Source: a virus (lineage: Duplodnaviria; Caudoviricetes). Taken from it: a DNA stretch of 56,696 nucleotides. Positions 8,462 through 18,676 of the stretch are shown here, one piece after another. Both the position numbers and the translations under genes were made by a program. Every line of letters starts with the position of its first letter. Positions within the stretch are counted from its first letter, which is position 1. Location of the stretch: the IMG/VR virus record IMGVR_UViG_3300025326_000036, positions 1-56,696 of that record; one strand, 5' to 3'. Below the pieces are notes generated by a model that was not told where the DNA came from, did no database searches, and saw only the letters and a program-made list of their open reading frames with translations.

Positions 8462-10371
8462 AGTCCCTTGGCCCTCTGGAATGCCTGGCCTATCTCGGCA
8501 TCGTCGTACCCGCGACGTTTGAGGTTCTTGTAGACAGCCTCCTGGCGACCAGCATCACTCCACCGTCCGTGCATGTCGCTGGTGATCCACTTGGCCGCTT
8601 GACCGATATGCGGGGGTGCGGCTGGCTCCTTGCCGCCTGCCATGCGCTGCTTAATCTCGGCGCCGGTATCCTTGAGTGCCTTGATGCGGTTGCCACCCTC
8701 CTGCCTTGTGGCTGCCATCAGCTTCATCATCTCGCTCAGGGGCAGGTTCTTGTCGTGTATCTTGTCCATATCCACACGGGCACCTTCCGACACCTGTGCG
8801 ACCGAGCCAGCGCCACCGGCCTGCAGCTTGGCGTTCTCCGTGCTGATAGCCGATACCAACATGTCGTAGATGTTGATGTTGGCTACGCCGACCAGCTTCT
8901 TGTTGAAATCCCGGGTGCCCATGTTCAGTATGCGGTTGCGGTCCAGATTGAGCGTCTTGGACATCGTGGTGATGTGCTTCTCAAGCTGGTCGATGTTATT
9001 GTCAATGGTCCTAACGAAACTGCTGGATGCGTCGAGCTGCTTGGTGTTGAATTTGAGCGACCCGGCGTCAGCCTTGAACGATTGGGTGTCGGCGCCGGCC
9101 TCCGCACCGGATATACCTTTACCCTGCGCCCATTGCGAATACTCCTTGGCGAATTGAGTACGGCTCCTGCCGGCTTCCTTGCCCCATCCGAAGTCGGGCT
9201 TCTCACCGGTAGCCTTCTTGTTCTCAAACCACCACTGCTTGTCTTCCTTGCTCCAGGCGGTGAATGAGTCGGGCGGCTGAGTGCCGCTGTTCTTGAGATC
9301 GAATGTGAACTTCTTGTTGTCCTTGAGTGCAGCGGCGTTCTCGGCGCGTACCTGCTTGGCCGCTTCAAACTCGACCTGCTTAGGTGACCATTTGGGGTTC
9401 TTGGCGGCTAACTGAGCCTTGAGACCATCGAGGTACGCGCCCTCCGTGCTGATCGGGTCACGCGGCTCCTTGGGTTCCCATCCGACCACCTTACCGCCTT
9501 TCATTGTCATCTTGAACAGGCCGGGTACCTCGGGGTTGATGCCGAGTGTCGGGTTGGCTGCGGCGACGTTGGCAAGCTCCTGGGTGGTGAACGGGCGTGT
9601 GACCTCGGTCTGACCCTTGCCGGTGATCGTGATGTCACCGATATTCGGTATCATGCCCTTGACATCGGGATCGTCCTGGGCCTGCTTGAACAGCGCCTGG
9701 AAACCCTCGTTGTTCCCCTCGGCTACCAGTTTGCCAGCCAGTTCCTTGTACATCGCCATCTTGGGTTCGGTGCGGGTGGCACGCTGTGCTGTCTCGGCAG
9801 CGGTGATCTGCTGGTCGTAGGTGTGAGCATCCTGAGCGGTGATCTGACCGGAGTTGTACAGGTCGCGCAGCCTGACACGCTGTTCCGTGTAGTCGGTCGC
9901 CGCTGCGGTGGGTCCAACCTTGCCACCCTTGGCTGCTGCGGGACTACCGGGGAATTGGACAGGGTTCATACCCCCCGGTGTGACTGCCTGAGCCGGGGCC
10001 GCTGGCGCAAGCTGGTTGACTGGCGCCGTACCACCCGGCACCTGAGCCATCTCACCCATCAGCGCAGCGGCCTGCGGATCGCCTTGACGCTGGAACGCTA
10101 CCAGCGGGTCCATGCCGCTCGGTGCCTGCTGCGGTGTGGCTGCCAACTGGTTGACCGGCTGCTGTGGGGTGGTCACACCGCCTTGCTGCTGTGGACCATA
10201 CAACGCACCGGCAACCAGACCGGCAACCGTCTTCTTGCGCTGGTCCTCGGCGGCGGCCATACCGGCCAGTCGGTTCTGCAGCCGGTTGGCCTGCATCGCG
10301 TCACCGTAGGCGGCTGCCTGCATGGCTTGCAGCGGGGCGTTCGATATGGGGGTGAAGTCAAGTGGTTGCAT
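8458..10371 (-). CDS. DNA-ejection / internal virion protein
   Basis: Gln/Ala/Pro-rich, helical; position between gp7-like and large ejection gene. Confidence 0.65.
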   Translation of the reverse strand: MQPLDFTPISNAPLQAMQAAAYGDAMQANRLQNRLAGMAAAEDQRKKTVAGLVAGALYGPQQQGGVTTPQQPVNQLAATPQQAPSGMDPLVAFQRQGDPQAAALMGEMAQVPGGTAPVNQLAPAAPAQAVTPGGMNPVQFPGSPAAAKGGKVGPTAAATDYTEQRVRLRDLYNSGQITAQDAHTYDQQITAAETAQRATRTEPKMAMYKELAGKLVAEGNNEGFQALFKQAQDDPDVKGMIPNIGDITITGKGQTEVTRPFTTQELANVAAANPTLGINPEVPGLFKMTMKGGKVVGWEPKEPRDPISTEGAYLDGLKAQLAAKNPKWSPKQVEFEAAKQVRAENAAALKDNKKFTFDLKNSGTQPPDSFTAWSKEDKQWWFENKKATGEKPDFGWGKEAGRSRTQFAKEYSQWAQGKGISGAEAGADTQSFKADAGSLKFNTKQLDASSSFVRTIDNNIDQLEKHITTMSKTLNLDRNRILNMGTRDFNKKLVGVANINIYDMLVSAISTENAKLQAGGAGSVAQVSEGARVDMDKIHDKNLPLSEMMKLMAATRQEGGNRIKALKDTGAEIKQRMAGGKEPAAPPHIGQAAKWITSDMHGRWSDAGRQEAVYKNLKRRGYDDAEIGQAFQRAKGL

Positions 10372-10384
10372 ACTGTGCGGCCTC

Positions 10385-11443
10385 CTACCAGCTCATCGAG
10401 GACGTATCCCCGAAGCTGCCGAAGTCTACGTTATTGATATTTCCACCAGCCTGACCGTAGGTCTGACCGTTTGCCCCACCGTTCAAGTAGTTCTGGTACA
10501 ACTGGTTCTGGTTGTAGGCACCGTAGGCGTTGACGCCGGTCTGGAGCACGTTACCCACCATGTTGCCCTGCTGCTGCGCGTTCTGCATCTCGATCTGTCC
10601 GTTCATGCCGGCTGTCTGAGTGGCAATCTGCCCCACGTTGTTTGCCATCCCCATGCCGGCTGCACCGATCTGACCGGCTGCGGTCTGCCCCGTGCCGGCT
10701 ACCCCGCTCAGGCGGTTGAACAGGGTATTCTGAGCGTTCAGACCGGAGTTGTACTGGTCCATCTGGCTCCCGTAGGCCCGCTGGTAAGCTGCGCCGTACT
10801 CCTGGCTACCGAGTTCCTGACCGTAGTTCTGGAGGGCTACGCCAAGGTTGCCCGAGCCGAGGTTGCCGCCCGCCGCTCCTGCTGCGGTGATCGCGTTCAC
10901 ACCCTGCTTCATTCGGAATGCGTACCCGGGGTCCGTCTGCACCTTGCTCTGGTCGAATTGGAAGGTGGGTGTGTTGAGCAGGTTGCCCGGGTCCGATACA
11001 CTCATACCGGGGGTTGTGACCATGGTTGCCGGTTTATCAACAATGGAGCCATCCGGTCCACGATACCATTCCTTGCTCAGATCGTACTTGAGTAGGGTAC
11101 CCGGGTCGTAGTACGACTCCGTGGAATACGACCCACGGTTGTTGAGGGTGTCTATCTCAGCGGTCGTAAGTCTCTGGTACGCTGTATTGAGTGATTGGGT
11201 ATCTACACCCATGCGGTTGGCTAGCTGGTTGACCGCCCCTGTGCCGGCTGTGAGCCAGGGGCGCATGTTGTCCTGCTGAACGTCGAACTGGTATTTCTGG
11301 AGGGCGGTGGCGTCACCGGCTGCCGCTTTATTGCCGGCTGTCGCATTGGCTGCTGCGGCACTGGACTGATTGGACGAATATACCGCAGCACCAGCACCCA
11401 CGACTGCCGCACCCGCTACTGCTGCCGCTACCCAACCTGACAT
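10385..11443 (-). CDS. DNA-transfer (pilot/ejection) protein, P22 gp7-like
   Basis: MSGWVAAAVAGAAVVGAG hydrophobic N-terminus, PW..AG.GA, DPGYAFR..QG, QELGSQEY motifs. Confidence 0.8.
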   Translation of the reverse strand: MSGWVAAAVAGAAVVGAGAAVYSSNQSSAAAANATAGNKAAAGDATALQKYQFDVQQDNMRPWLTAGTGAVNQLANRMGVDTQSLNTAYQRLTTAEIDTLNNRGSYSTESYYDPGTLLKYDLSKEWYRGPDGSIVDKPATMVTTPGMSVSDPGNLLNTPTFQFDQSKVQTDPGYAFRMKQGVNAITAAGAAGGNLGSGNLGVALQNYGQELGSQEYGAAYQRAYGSQMDQYNSGLNAQNTLFNRLSGVAGTGQTAAGQIGAAGMGMANNVGQIATQTAGMNGQIEMQNAQQQGNMVGNVLQTGVNAYGAYNQNQLYQNYLNGGANGQTYGQAGGNINNVDFGSFGDTSSMSW

Positions 11444-12240
11444 GGTGTCCTCCCTAGGAGCCTAAGCGTCTCTCTATAGTTCGTGGTAATTTCTTCACCG
11501 TCATTTCCACCCATGCACCCCTGTATGTTGCGAGTCGCCATGAGGTAATTATCACCATTGGGTGCCTTGATCACTACAGCGTTAGGGTTACCGGAATGGT
11601 TCATGTAACGACCAATTGGAGTACGTAAACCGTCCATGAACACAGGGGCGATCAACTCACCGTCCGATATGTTCGCTGTCGCAAAAACACCCTTACCGTG
11701 CAATTTGGAATCGGACACCTTGCATTTATGGATACCGTATGGCATCGGTGCGACGTTATCAACTTGGGTTTCGGCTTGTACATCATCCTCGGTAAGACCC
11801 CATTCGATAAGCATCTGCTGGTAATCATCACTTGACGTATTGTCGGGCAACTCCTTGATACGATCCGGTGCGTCCGACCAGTCGTAAAGTAGTTGCTCCA
11901 TTGTCTCAACATCCGTGCATGGTGCAGCGTGGATGTTAACCCATACTACCTCATCGTGAGAATAAGCACATTTCTTGCCGGGGGAACTGATCATGGTAAA
12001 CGGTGCTACGAGTTCGGTCAGGCTACCGTCATTGTTCAGTACGGTGATACGACCCTTGGTCAGCATACTGATGTGATTGTAGCGGTGATTATGACCAACA
12101 CTCACTACGCCTGCCGGTATGGTGAGTTCCCGCATGTAGATACCAGGCATGAAAATATGTCGCACGGACCCCTCGGCCTGCGGCATCTTAAGTATCTCAT
12201 CCTGTAACTGTTTCACTCGCTCATCGGTCATACGGGGCAT
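11428..12240 (-). CDS. Cupin-like domain fused to SET-domain methyltransferase
   Basis: N-term HIFMPGIYMRELTIPAG..VGHNH...H; C-term SKLHGKGVFA, RYMNHSGNPN, GEEITTNY; start could be 12240 or 12231. Confidence 0.8.
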   Translation of the reverse strand: MPRMTDERVKQLQDEILKMPQAEGSVRHIFMPGIYMRELTIPAGVVSVGHNHRYNHISMLTKGRITVLNNDGSLTELVAPFTMISSPGKKCAYSHDEVVWVNIHAAPCTDVETMEQLLYDWSDAPDRIKELPDNTSSDDYQQMLIEWGLTEDDVQAETQVDNVAPMPYGIHKCKVSDSKLHGKGVFATANISDGELIAPVFMDGLRTPIGRYMNHSGNPNAVVIKAPNGDNYLMATRNIQGCMGGNDGEEITTNYRETLRLLGRTPCQVG

Positions 12241-12258
12241 GGCTCCTTGTCGCACGGC

Positions 12259-12287
12259 ATTGTACACCGTGTGACAGCGTGTGGCAA
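12259..12287 (-). promoter_or_regulatory. Sigma70-type promoter for cupin-SET/ejection genes
   Basis: TTGCCA-17 bp-TACAAT upstream of AAGGAG RBS. Confidence 0.7.
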
Positions 12288-12291
12288 GCTA

Positions 12292-12750
12292 TTAATACAC
12301 CACCATCAGCACGCCGGTTGCCGTCCGGTATGGCACACTGGCAATCAGCCCACCGGCCAGAGCAGCAGCGTTGTCGGCATGGACCGGCAGCGCGGTAAAA
12401 TCCGGTGCGGCGTCCAGTACCGCTCGGTTTGTATGGGCGATGTCATCGTGCTGGTATGCCCCGAGGTGAGCTGCCACCGCGCCGGCAGCCTCACCGCCCA
12501 CGTCAGCGAGTGTGACGGTCACATCGGCTGTGAGAGCATGGCCGTTGACCGTGCGTGTATCCGGTACGGCGCCGGTCACCTGGTCGGCAGAGTAGTCGCC
12601 GGCCTGCGGCATCACGGCGCCAAACCGACCGTTGAACCCCGTGACAGCCCGGTCGAACGTCTGCTGAAACCATTGCAGCCATCGGGGGCTGGTCACCGTG
12701 CTGGCGGGGTCCATGTGTCTCAGGGGTGCCTCTACCGGTGCGCGGCTCAT
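12292..12750 (-). CDS. Tail accessory protein (position of tail needle)
   Basis: ATGA overlap with gp10-like gene; WLQWF motif then VTGFNGRFGAV / RTVNGHALTADVT fibre-like repeats. Confidence 0.55.
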   Translation of the reverse strand: MSRAPVEAPLRHMDPASTVTSPRWLQWFQQTFDRAVTGFNGRFGAVMPQAGDYSADQVTGAVPDTRTVNGHALTADVTVTLADVGGEAAGAVAAHLGAYQHDDIAHTNRAVLDAAPDFTALPVHADNAAALAGGLIASVPYRTATGVLMVVY

Positions 12751-14417
12751 ACTGGTTGTACCACGTACCCGAGGACCACCCGCTTGCATGGGCTGGAGCA
12801 GCGTAATTGGAACACCCTGTCTCGCGCTCGACCAAGGGACCGCCATACCAGCCGTTGCCGGTAGTCGCCCGGGCCACCCATGCTGCGCGGATACTCGCTG
12901 CTCCAGGTGTGCCCGCTGTCACGGCTGATGCTCAGTGCCATCACGGGGGCAACCGGTTGACCGAGGATAGTGACCGATGGTGGTAGGGTGTACCCGCTAC
13001 CCGGGTCGGTCACCGTGATACCTGTCACGCTGCCGTGGGTCAGTGTAGCCGATGCCGTTGCGCCCGATCCGTTGCCGTCCACCGATTGCATCAGCACTGT
13101 GACCGACATACCCGCGATATAGTCTGCGCCACCCTGCAGGATGGTCACACCGGCCACGGCGCCTGCCGGGTCCAGCACGGCCTGAGCGGTTGCCGGGGTG
13201 GCTGGCCCGTCCAGACCTACACCCGACTCGATGGCTACCTGCAATTCGCCAATGAATATGTCACCCAAGTCGGCATCAGCGAGATGCTGAGTACGCTGCA
13301 GCGAGGTGATCGGCTGACCAGCATCCGTATGGTACTGGCTGCCCATATCGTACAGCCGACCGCTCTGGTAGTCACCAATCAGGTGCATCCCGTAGGCTCG
13401 GACGTAGCAGTTACCCCTGTGCCTGCCGACCGTGCCACCGCTGACCCTCTCATGCCACATCTGCGTGGTCAGGTCGTAGACCCATGTCCAATTGTCAACC
13501 GGGTTGGTGATGACGTAGAACGTATGCCCCTCGTCGCTATAGCAGTAACCGAAGCATTGGCTGAGGTCCGTTGACTGGCTCATGTGCCAGATGACAGCGG
13601 GCGGGCTGACCACGGTCGGCATGTAGCCGTTCAGCATGACGACGCCGATGAAGCAATCCCGTTCATGCGCTAGAAACAGGACCGACGACCCGCCGAGAGC
13701 GACCGACCAGGGGGCGGGGGTGCCGTAGTTGATCACCGCGCCGGCCATGCGGCTGTAGGGGAATCCGACACTGGTGGCCGTACCGTTATTGTAGTAAATC
13801 TCGGTGCTGAACTCCTTGATGAAAAATAGCTGCTGGTACAGGCTCAGGACCGTTTGCACCGAGTCGGGTTGTGCCTGGATGGGGGATGTCGCCAAGGGGT
13901 TCCATGTCAGCCCGTCATAGATATTGCTGGCGTAGGCTGACATGGTGCCGTCTACCCCGATGAAATAGCTGTCGATGAACGTCAGGTGGGTGAATGGCAT
14001 GGCGACGGTACTGAACGCCTCTGTGACCGTGTTATAGATGTAGGTAGCCGCGCCGTCTGCGATGGCTATCTGGTTGCCGCCGATCCCGTCAGCCAGCAGA
14101 CCGTTCTGAGCCATGCTAACCCTGCCGGTGGAGGTGGTCAGGCTGCCGAGTGCCGCTGATACCTCGCCCGTGGCGCTGACACGTATCAATGCGTTGCTCT
14201 GGACAGCGTACAGCAAGCCATCCGGCCCGGTGATCACACCTCGCACGGGGCTGGCTATGCCACCGCTGAACAGACGTAGGCCGGGGGTGCCGATGAGCAT
14301 GGCTATGCTGGTGGACCCCGGGGCGTTGGTCAGCTCGGGGTACCAGTTGATCAGCCTGGCTGACTCCTGGTTGATCGAGCGGCCCTGATAGGCGCTCGGG
14401 ATGGATGGTAGACGCAT
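12747..14417 (-). CDS. Tail hub / packaged-DNA stabilization protein, P22 gp10-like
   Basis: INWYPE..L.GTPGL, GHTFYVI...TWVYDLTTQMWHER, SRDSGHTWS...WRSLGRARDRVF motifs. Confidence 0.85.
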   Translation of the reverse strand: MRLPSIPSAYQGRSINQESARLINWYPELTNAPGSTSIAMLIGTPGLRLFSGGIASPVRGVITGPDGLLYAVQSNALIRVSATGEVSAALGSLTTSTGRVSMAQNGLLADGIGGNQIAIADGAATYIYNTVTEAFSTVAMPFTHLTFIDSYFIGVDGTMSAYASNIYDGLTWNPLATSPIQAQPDSVQTVLSLYQQLFFIKEFSTEIYYNNGTATSVGFPYSRMAGAVINYGTPAPWSVALGGSSVLFLAHERDCFIGVVMLNGYMPTVVSPPAVIWHMSQSTDLSQCFGYCYSDEGHTFYVITNPVDNWTWVYDLTTQMWHERVSGGTVGRHRGNCYVRAYGMHLIGDYQSGRLYDMGSQYHTDAGQPITSLQRTQHLADADLGDIFIGELQVAIESGVGLDGPATPATAQAVLDPAGAVAGVTILQGGADYIAGMSVTVLMQSVDGNGSGATASATLTHGSVTGITVTDPGSGYTLPPSVTILGQPVAPVMALSISRDSGHTWSSEYPRSMGGPGDYRQRLVWRSLGRARDRVFQLRCSSPCKRVVLGYVVQPV

Positions 14418-14448
14418 GTGGTCGGCTCCTATGCTGGTGTCTGCGCTG

Positions 14449-14889
14449 TTACGGGTCAGGTATCTGGAAATTATCAGCGAGATACCATGCTGCCCCGATG
14501 TTCGTCGCTCGCACTTGGAATTTGTTACTTGAACTGGCGGTGACCGGGAATGTCAGCGCCTCGGTCTTATCCTCGCCAGGGCCGCACGTCACGCTGTCAC
14601 GAACAGTCACACCCCATATCAGCTCGATTGTGACTGTCCCTGTCCCCCCGCTGCACCTTGCGTCAGCGGTAAAGTTGCCGGTTCCGTTGGGAATGATGAT
14701 GTTGGTGCCGGTGTCTGAGATGCCCCTGCACGACACGCTGGTGTAGCCGTTAATCGCGTCACCTTCAGTTATTGCGGGGATGCTGCACTGCCTGCCTGTC
14801 ACCATCAGCAGCATCTCCGGACCTCCCGCCCACGATAGCGAGGCGGTTAGCAGGAGGGCAAGGGCGGTTAGGAGTGTTCTGAGTTTCAT
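14449..14889 (-). CDS. Secreted hypothetical protein
   Basis: Signal peptide MKLRTLLTALALLLTASLSWA; four Cys. Confidence 0.65.
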   Translation of the reverse strand: MKLRTLLTALALLLTASLSWAGGPEMLLMVTGRQCSIPAITEGDAINGYTSVSCRGISDTGTNIIIPNGTGNFTADARCSGGTGTVTIELIWGVTVRDSVTCGPGEDKTEALTFPVTASSSNKFQVRATNIGAAWYLADNFQIPDP

Positions 14890-15002
14890 GCTGGCTCCCG
14901 AGTTTCAGGGTTGGATTGTTTCACATCACAGCCTTTTTGGTACCCAAGCATAAATGCCGCCGCTATGGACGCATACCATGCAAAAATAATCAGATAATTC
15001 AT
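14886..15002 (-). CDS. 38-aa membrane peptide
   Basis: Hand translation MNYLIIFAWYASIAAAFMLGYQKG...; GGGAGG RBS; ATGA overlap with next gene. Confidence 0.45.
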   Translation of the reverse strand: MNYLIIFAWYASIAAAFMLGYQKGCDVKQSNPETREPA

Positions 15003-15059
15003 AAATCCTCCCTTCGGACATCCCTAAGTTATTTGCGGCAAACTAGCCGCAAACAGTGA

Positions 15060-18000
15060 TCATGGCGTGTACCCCTCTCCCGCGATGCCGCACTCTGTTT
15101 TTGTTGGTCCTACTTCGCAAACGTACTTGTAGCGCTTCGATGCCGTGAGCGCCCCAGAGAAGCCGGTAGTTCCCATCCAGCCGAATGTGCTGCCTACTGT
15201 CGGCCATGCCAGCGTAGTCACTCCTGAAGCCGCTGTGTCGATCTGGATGGTGACGTAGCGCACCTTGCCGGATGAAGGGTTGCCAGAGAAAACGACTGAC
15301 TGCGTCGTCGTGCCTGTCGGGGCAAACTCGTATTTCCCCTTGGCACTGGCGTCTACTGCGAGGTTGCCGGTGGTGGAGGGTGCGGCGGTGCCTGTGGAGT
15401 AGTCGGTGTTGGCTGTGGCTGAAATCGTCGTCCCTGTAATCGCCCCCGCAGTAACTGCCCCCGTATTTGTCACTTTGAACTTTGTCGCACCCTGCTTTAT
15501 CAGCTCTAGCAAATCTCCAGCACTCGCCGTAATGTCCTCGCCCTTGATGATCGGGTAATTGGAGTTGTATGCACCGAGGGTCTGAGCGCGTCGGACATAC
15601 AGTGTGGGGTGCCATATCGAGGCAACGAGTACCCCCGTCTGAGAAACTTCCATGCCTACCCCTAGCTCTGAGGTAGCCAAACCCCCCTTCCCTGTCGTAG
15701 ACGCTCCGCTAAACCCTAAACCTGCCGGGCTATATGCATACACCCCATTAGCGGTCCCGGCGGCCCATACACCTGTTCCCGCAGTCCCGGTGTTATTTAC
15801 ATAAATTCCCTCGTTACTGTTCAGTGCACCAGTAAAGTCATACTTACCAGATGCGGATATTGCAGGAAACTTACCCGAGGCGTCGCGCTTAACAATCTGA
15901 TTATTTCCTGTTCCGCTGTTTAGCGTGAGAGAAGGAGTGGGGGTTGACTGTGAAACCGTAATGTCTCCGTTGGCCGAAGACACTCCTGTCACCGATCCTG
16001 TCCCTGGAGTGAATCCCAGAGCTGTTGTTACGTCGGACGATGTCAGAGTATGCCCGCTGACGGCTGTACCTTCTGATGGGTACGTGGCGAACTGCCCCGC
16101 TGCGCCACTATTAACAGTGCCAGTGCCACCTTCGGTTGTTCCCGTATCTGCCGTGCAGGTGTACGCCCCTGTTGAAGCTACGAATGCGCTGACATGATTG
16201 CCTGATGCGCAAGAAACATCGGATGGTAGGACCGGCTTATTCGCAATACTGGACCCACCTGATGACGCAGCCCAATCAATGTAAGCCGCTGAAAGCCCCG
16301 ACGCTGTTCCACTCACATTGTCCAGTGGCGGGTTATTCCCTGCATGGGTTATGTTTATCATCCTATTGTGAAGCGTTTTAACTAGGGCAGGGTCGGCGGT
16401 AAAACCATTCCCGTCCACGACTAATGGAGTATCTGCGGCTACGGCTGTGATCGTGTTGTTGGTTATATCCAGATCCACCAAGTCTGCATCTTGAACCTTG
16501 AATATGGAACTTTTATTCCCTGTATTATTCCAAAAGTGAATTGTATTACCGTAGAACTTCACGCCATCTCCACCACCACGGATACTGACAGCCCCGTAAT
16601 CGCTGGCCCCGATGATGGTAGTTCCGTGAACGTAGACTTCAGAAATATTGTTGTGCATGTCAAGAGCCATCATGTAAAGAGGGCCAGCGGTACCTGCTCC
16701 TGGCACGCCGTACAGTGCTGGGTCTTGAGTTATGAAACTGTTTGAAATTTCAATCCCACTGGAAGTAAACTCTCCAAGGGATAAAGACAGTGAGTGTTTG
16801 GAGTCAGCAAATGTGGAGTGGTCTATGGTGACGGCATGGCCGTACACAGTCATTCCGTAGCCGCATGGCCTGCCGCCGTCGCCGCCATTAGTTATACAGT
16901 ACGGCGCCTGTCCGATGTAACCAGTTGACTGCACGTTGCTGATTAGGCCACGCATGGCGGTTACTCTCATCCCCGCATTAGCGTAATAGGAACCTTGAGC
17001 TTCAATATTGTCTATTTCTATGTCTTTACCCTGTACCCACATGCCCGAGGATGCTAGCGTGGTTGCACTGTTGTCGAAGATTAAATCGTGGACCTCTAGC
17101 CCATCGACTCTATAAAGAACTTGGAACGTATCAGCGGTAAAAGTGGTCTTTGCTGGCACACTTATACTTGCCAAGTTTCCTACAATCTTTGTTATTTCGG
17201 TAAAAACCCCACGTTGGTACGAGCTACCGCTAGTACTGTACGGCGTGCTATTGGCGGATACAACTAAGTCTCCGACCACTGCGCCGTGACCAGCGGGAAG
17301 GGTGAAGGTGTTGACTCCTGCTGTCCACTCGACAGCTTGGCCTGTAAGAGTGGTCTTGCCCCCTCCAAAACTTAAAGACACAGATTCTGCGTTATTTACG
17401 ATGGTGGCTCCATTACCCCACAATTTTATGGAGCTGACAGAGTAGCAAGTGTCGGAAACATTATATTTCTTGCTCCCATTAAGATATACATTGGCCCCTG
17501 GAGACCCTGCATTGATGATTGAGCAGATAGGCGCTGAGTCATTTACTGTACCGTCTCCTACAGCATCAGACCAATCAGCATAGATTTGAGTAACTTTGCT
17601 GCCAAGCTTGAGTCTGTTTGCCGTAAACCCTTTCAGCCATGTTTCCTGTCTCACTTCCAGTGGCCCGTTTATTGTCAAGTCGCCTGATGTCCTCACGATT
17701 GCGGCCCCATGCATGACCCTAAGAGTAATGTTGGCTGGTATGGTGACGCTTGTAGACATGGCCCAGTCACCAGGGGACAAGACGAGGGTTTTGGTCGCGC
17801 TACCGATACCCGTTATTGCTGCAATGATAGTTGCTGAGTTGAGCGCCCCGCCGTTGTAACTGGCTGCGTAAACCTCGTTGTCCGGCTGCAGCGCCGTAGC
17901 CCCCTTAGCCGCACCATCCAGTACCGTAGCCGCATCCTCGCCGCCGAGTTGGAGACTGTTGGCTGCTGTGCCGGTGGTGGAGAGCTTGCCGGCGAGAGCC

Positions 18001-18359
18001 ACAGCCTGTGCCGCCGAGTACGAGTCGAACGCCGCCTGCGTTACTCCGCCAGCAGGTATGCCCGTCGCTGATATCGTACTGCCTGTAAAAGCAATACCAT
18101 CACCAGCCACCAGTGCTTTTGGTCCCTTGGTAAACGGGTCCATGACGGCTATGCTGGCTGCGTATGTCGTGGAGGATATGAGCAGGAACACCAACAGCAA
18201 CAATTTCCTGACTGGCATCCTGGATATCGGGTCATACTGATGCGCGGCGGGTGCCGGTGTGACTGCATCGGGTGCCGGTGTGACTGCATCGGGCACCGTA
18301 TACCACAGCAGCCGACCGATAACCAGCCCGATGATCACACCGCATAAAAGATATAACAT
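15060..18359 (-). CDS. Large tailspike/adhesin-like beta-helix protein with N-terminal hydrophobic and signal segments
   Basis: AVGDGTVNDSAPI pectate-lyase-3-like start, beta-helix, fibre-like Gly/Thr repeats; internal MPVRKLLLLVFLLISSTTYA signal peptide (alternative start). Confidence 0.7.
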   Translation of the reverse strand: MLYLLCGVIIGLVIGRLLWYTVPDAVTPAPDAVTPAPAAHQYDPISRMPVRKLLLLVFLLISSTTYAASIAVMDPFTKGPKALVAGDGIAFTGSTISATGIPAGGVTQAAFDSYSAAQAVALAGKLSTTGTAANSLQLGGEDAATVLDGAAKGATALQPDNEVYAASYNGGALNSATIIAAITGIGSATKTLVLSPGDWAMSTSVTIPANITLRVMHGAAIVRTSGDLTINGPLEVRQETWLKGFTANRLKLGSKVTQIYADWSDAVGDGTVNDSAPICSIINAGSPGANVYLNGSKKYNVSDTCYSVSSIKLWGNGATIVNNAESVSLSFGGGKTTLTGQAVEWTAGVNTFTLPAGHGAVVGDLVVSANSTPYSTSGSSYQRGVFTEITKIVGNLASISVPAKTTFTADTFQVLYRVDGLEVHDLIFDNSATTLASSGMWVQGKDIEIDNIEAQGSYYANAGMRVTAMRGLISNVQSTGYIGQAPYCITNGGDGGRPCGYGMTVYGHAVTIDHSTFADSKHSLSLSLGEFTSSGIEISNSFITQDPALYGVPGAGTAGPLYMMALDMHNNISEVYVHGTTIIGASDYGAVSIRGGGDGVKFYGNTIHFWNNTGNKSSIFKVQDADLVDLDITNNTITAVAADTPLVVDGNGFTADPALVKTLHNRMINITHAGNNPPLDNVSGTASGLSAAYIDWAASSGGSSIANKPVLPSDVSCASGNHVSAFVASTGAYTCTADTGTTEGGTGTVNSGAAGQFATYPSEGTAVSGHTLTSSDVTTALGFTPGTGSVTGVSSANGDITVSQSTPTPSLTLNSGTGNNQIVKRDASGKFPAISASGKYDFTGALNSNEGIYVNNTGTAGTGVWAAGTANGVYAYSPAGLGFSGASTTGKGGLATSELGVGMEVSQTGVLVASIWHPTLYVRRAQTLGAYNSNYPIIKGEDITASAGDLLELIKQGATKFKVTNTGAVTAGAITGTTISATANTDYSTGTAAPSTTGNLAVDASAKGKYEFAPTGTTTQSVVFSGNPSSGKVRYVTIQIDTAASGVTTLAWPTVGSTFGWMGTTGFSGALTASKRYKYVCEVGPTKTECGIAGEGYTP
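18249..18290. repeat. 21-bp tandem duplication (PDAVTPA x2)
   Basis: GGGTGCCGGTGTGACTGCATC twice. Confidence 0.85.
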
Positions 18360-18367
18360 GTCGCCTC

Positions 18368-18649
18368 CTACTCTAAGATAACGTCGTCATACTCGACGTA
18401 GGTGACCGACGCTCTATCCGCCCACTTGGTCGCCAGCGTTTCGCCCGGGGCGCCGAGGTAGAATACAATGTGCTCGTCACCGTCCGTGGTGCTGTGTTTG
18501 CGAATGATGAACATGCCGTCAGAGTGCAGACCGCCGTAGTACTTCGGCTCGCTCTGCATGTCCATCCTGACCACTTCAAAGGCATCCGGCCACTTGGCTA
18601 CCGATCTATCCAATCGGTCGGCATGGAACAGGAATGGTAAAGGACTCAT
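18368..18649 (-). CDS. Hypothetical tail-module protein
   Basis: AGGAG RBS; W.DRAS.TY C-terminal motif. Confidence 0.6.
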   Translation of the reverse strand: MSPLPFLFHADRLDRSVAKWPDAFEVVRMDMQSEPKYYGGLHSDGMFIIRKHSTTDGDEHIVFYLGAPGETLATKWADRASVTYVEYDDVILE

Positions 18650-18676
18650 TGGTATTCTCCTATGGTACGGGCCATG

